This document shows, one piece after another, positions 63,507 to 64,000 of a stretch of 64,000 nt of DNA. The notes under the pieces were generated by a model. It was not told the origin of the DNA. It saw only the letters and a program-made list of their open reading frames with translations, and did not search any database. Location of the stretch: IMG/VR virus record IMGVR_UViG_3300012952_000020, positions 13,537 through 77,536 of that record; one strand, given 5' to 3'. The stretch is from a virus. The translations under genes and the position numbers were made by a program. Position 1 is the stretch's first letter, and every line of letters starts with the position of its first letter.

Positions 63507-63535
63507 TCAAAGTCTCCCTTGGTTTGTCAAGAACC

Positions 63536-64000
63536 TCATAGGTTCCTCTTTTCTAACTCGTCTTCGATTATCTCACTCATTTTGCTTGCAAGCCACCTAT
63601 TGAACCGAGCGGCTTCTGCACCGTCCAGAGAATCGACGTTCATCTTGAAGTCGCCAGTCTCCACTTGTGCGTTCACCGTGATGGTCGTTGATCCTGCTGC
63701 TGTGGCTCCTGGTCCCGAGTCGCCTGTGACTGACGCCGCCTCTGTGCTGGTTCCGGTCGCTGCTCGATCTTCCTGTGTTCCGAACAAGCCGCCAACCAGA
63801 CTGCCCACGTTTGGTCCACCTGCTGTGGCTGGTTGAGGACCGCCGAACATACCTGCGATTGCGGAACCTACCGAATCGAGCGCACCTCCGTTGTCCACCA
63901 AAGAGCCTACAGCGTCGGCAAGACCGCCGAACCAACTGCCTCCGCTATCCTGCGTTACCGCTGCGGGTGGCTCCATAGCTGCGCCAACGTCAGCCGCAAC
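63536..64000 (-). CDS. C-terminus of probable tape measure protein (partial)
   Basis: Gly/Ala-rich frame open to the window edge, directly upstream of the tube initiator. Confidence 0.6.
   Translation of the reverse strand, partial: VAADVGAAMEPPAAVTQDSGGSWFGGLADAVGSLVDNGGALDSVGSAIAGMFGGPQPATAGGPNVGSLVGGLFGTQEDRAATGTSTEAASVTGDSGPGATAAGSTTITVNAQVETGDFKMNVDSLDGAEAARFNRWLASKMSEIIEDELEKRNL

Noticed and set aside
11-63978. Numerous plus-strand ORFs of 60-310 aa in the ORF track
   Set aside because: They are antisense shadows of well-supported minus-strand genes in GC-rich DNA, with no recognisable motifs
1-64000. tRNA genes, integrase, transposase, reverse transcriptase/DGR
   Set aside because: No cloverleaf with T-loop consensus in the intergenic gaps and no such protein motifs recognised

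Overview
The window is a 64 kb segment of a large dsDNA tailed bacteriophage with a contractile tail (myovirus-like). Essentially every credible gene is on the minus strand. In transcription order (right to left) it holds: (1) the end of the tape measure gene plus tail and baseplate genes, including a 1897-aa fibre-like protein and a protein with 8 DUF5011-like Ig repeats; (2) a lysis cassette (M15 endolysin, holin, overlapping spanin-like pair); (3) a replication/recombination module (initiator, DnaC-like loader, DnaB, primase, SSB, Pol A, SF2 helicase, RecA, resolvases, Cas4-like nuclease, ParB, adenine MTase); (4) an ~11 kb putative DNA hypermodification locus; (5) an early accessory operon ending in an ATP-dependent DNA ligase that runs off the left edge. 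The modification locus has FolE, QueD, QueE, a DpdL-like second T-fold protein and a DpdA/TGT-like transglycosylase, but no QueC. It also has two GT-B glycosyltransferases, a cytidylyltransferase, a TagF-like phosphotransferase, a PIG-L deacetylase, a methyltransferase and an SDR. The main non-coding discoveries are two pseudoknotted type II hammerhead ribozymes bracketing a GHKL-ATPase/HEXXH gene, and a strand-biased TTGACAAAC motif with about 21 copies. All calls come from motif recognition by eye; no database searches were run.
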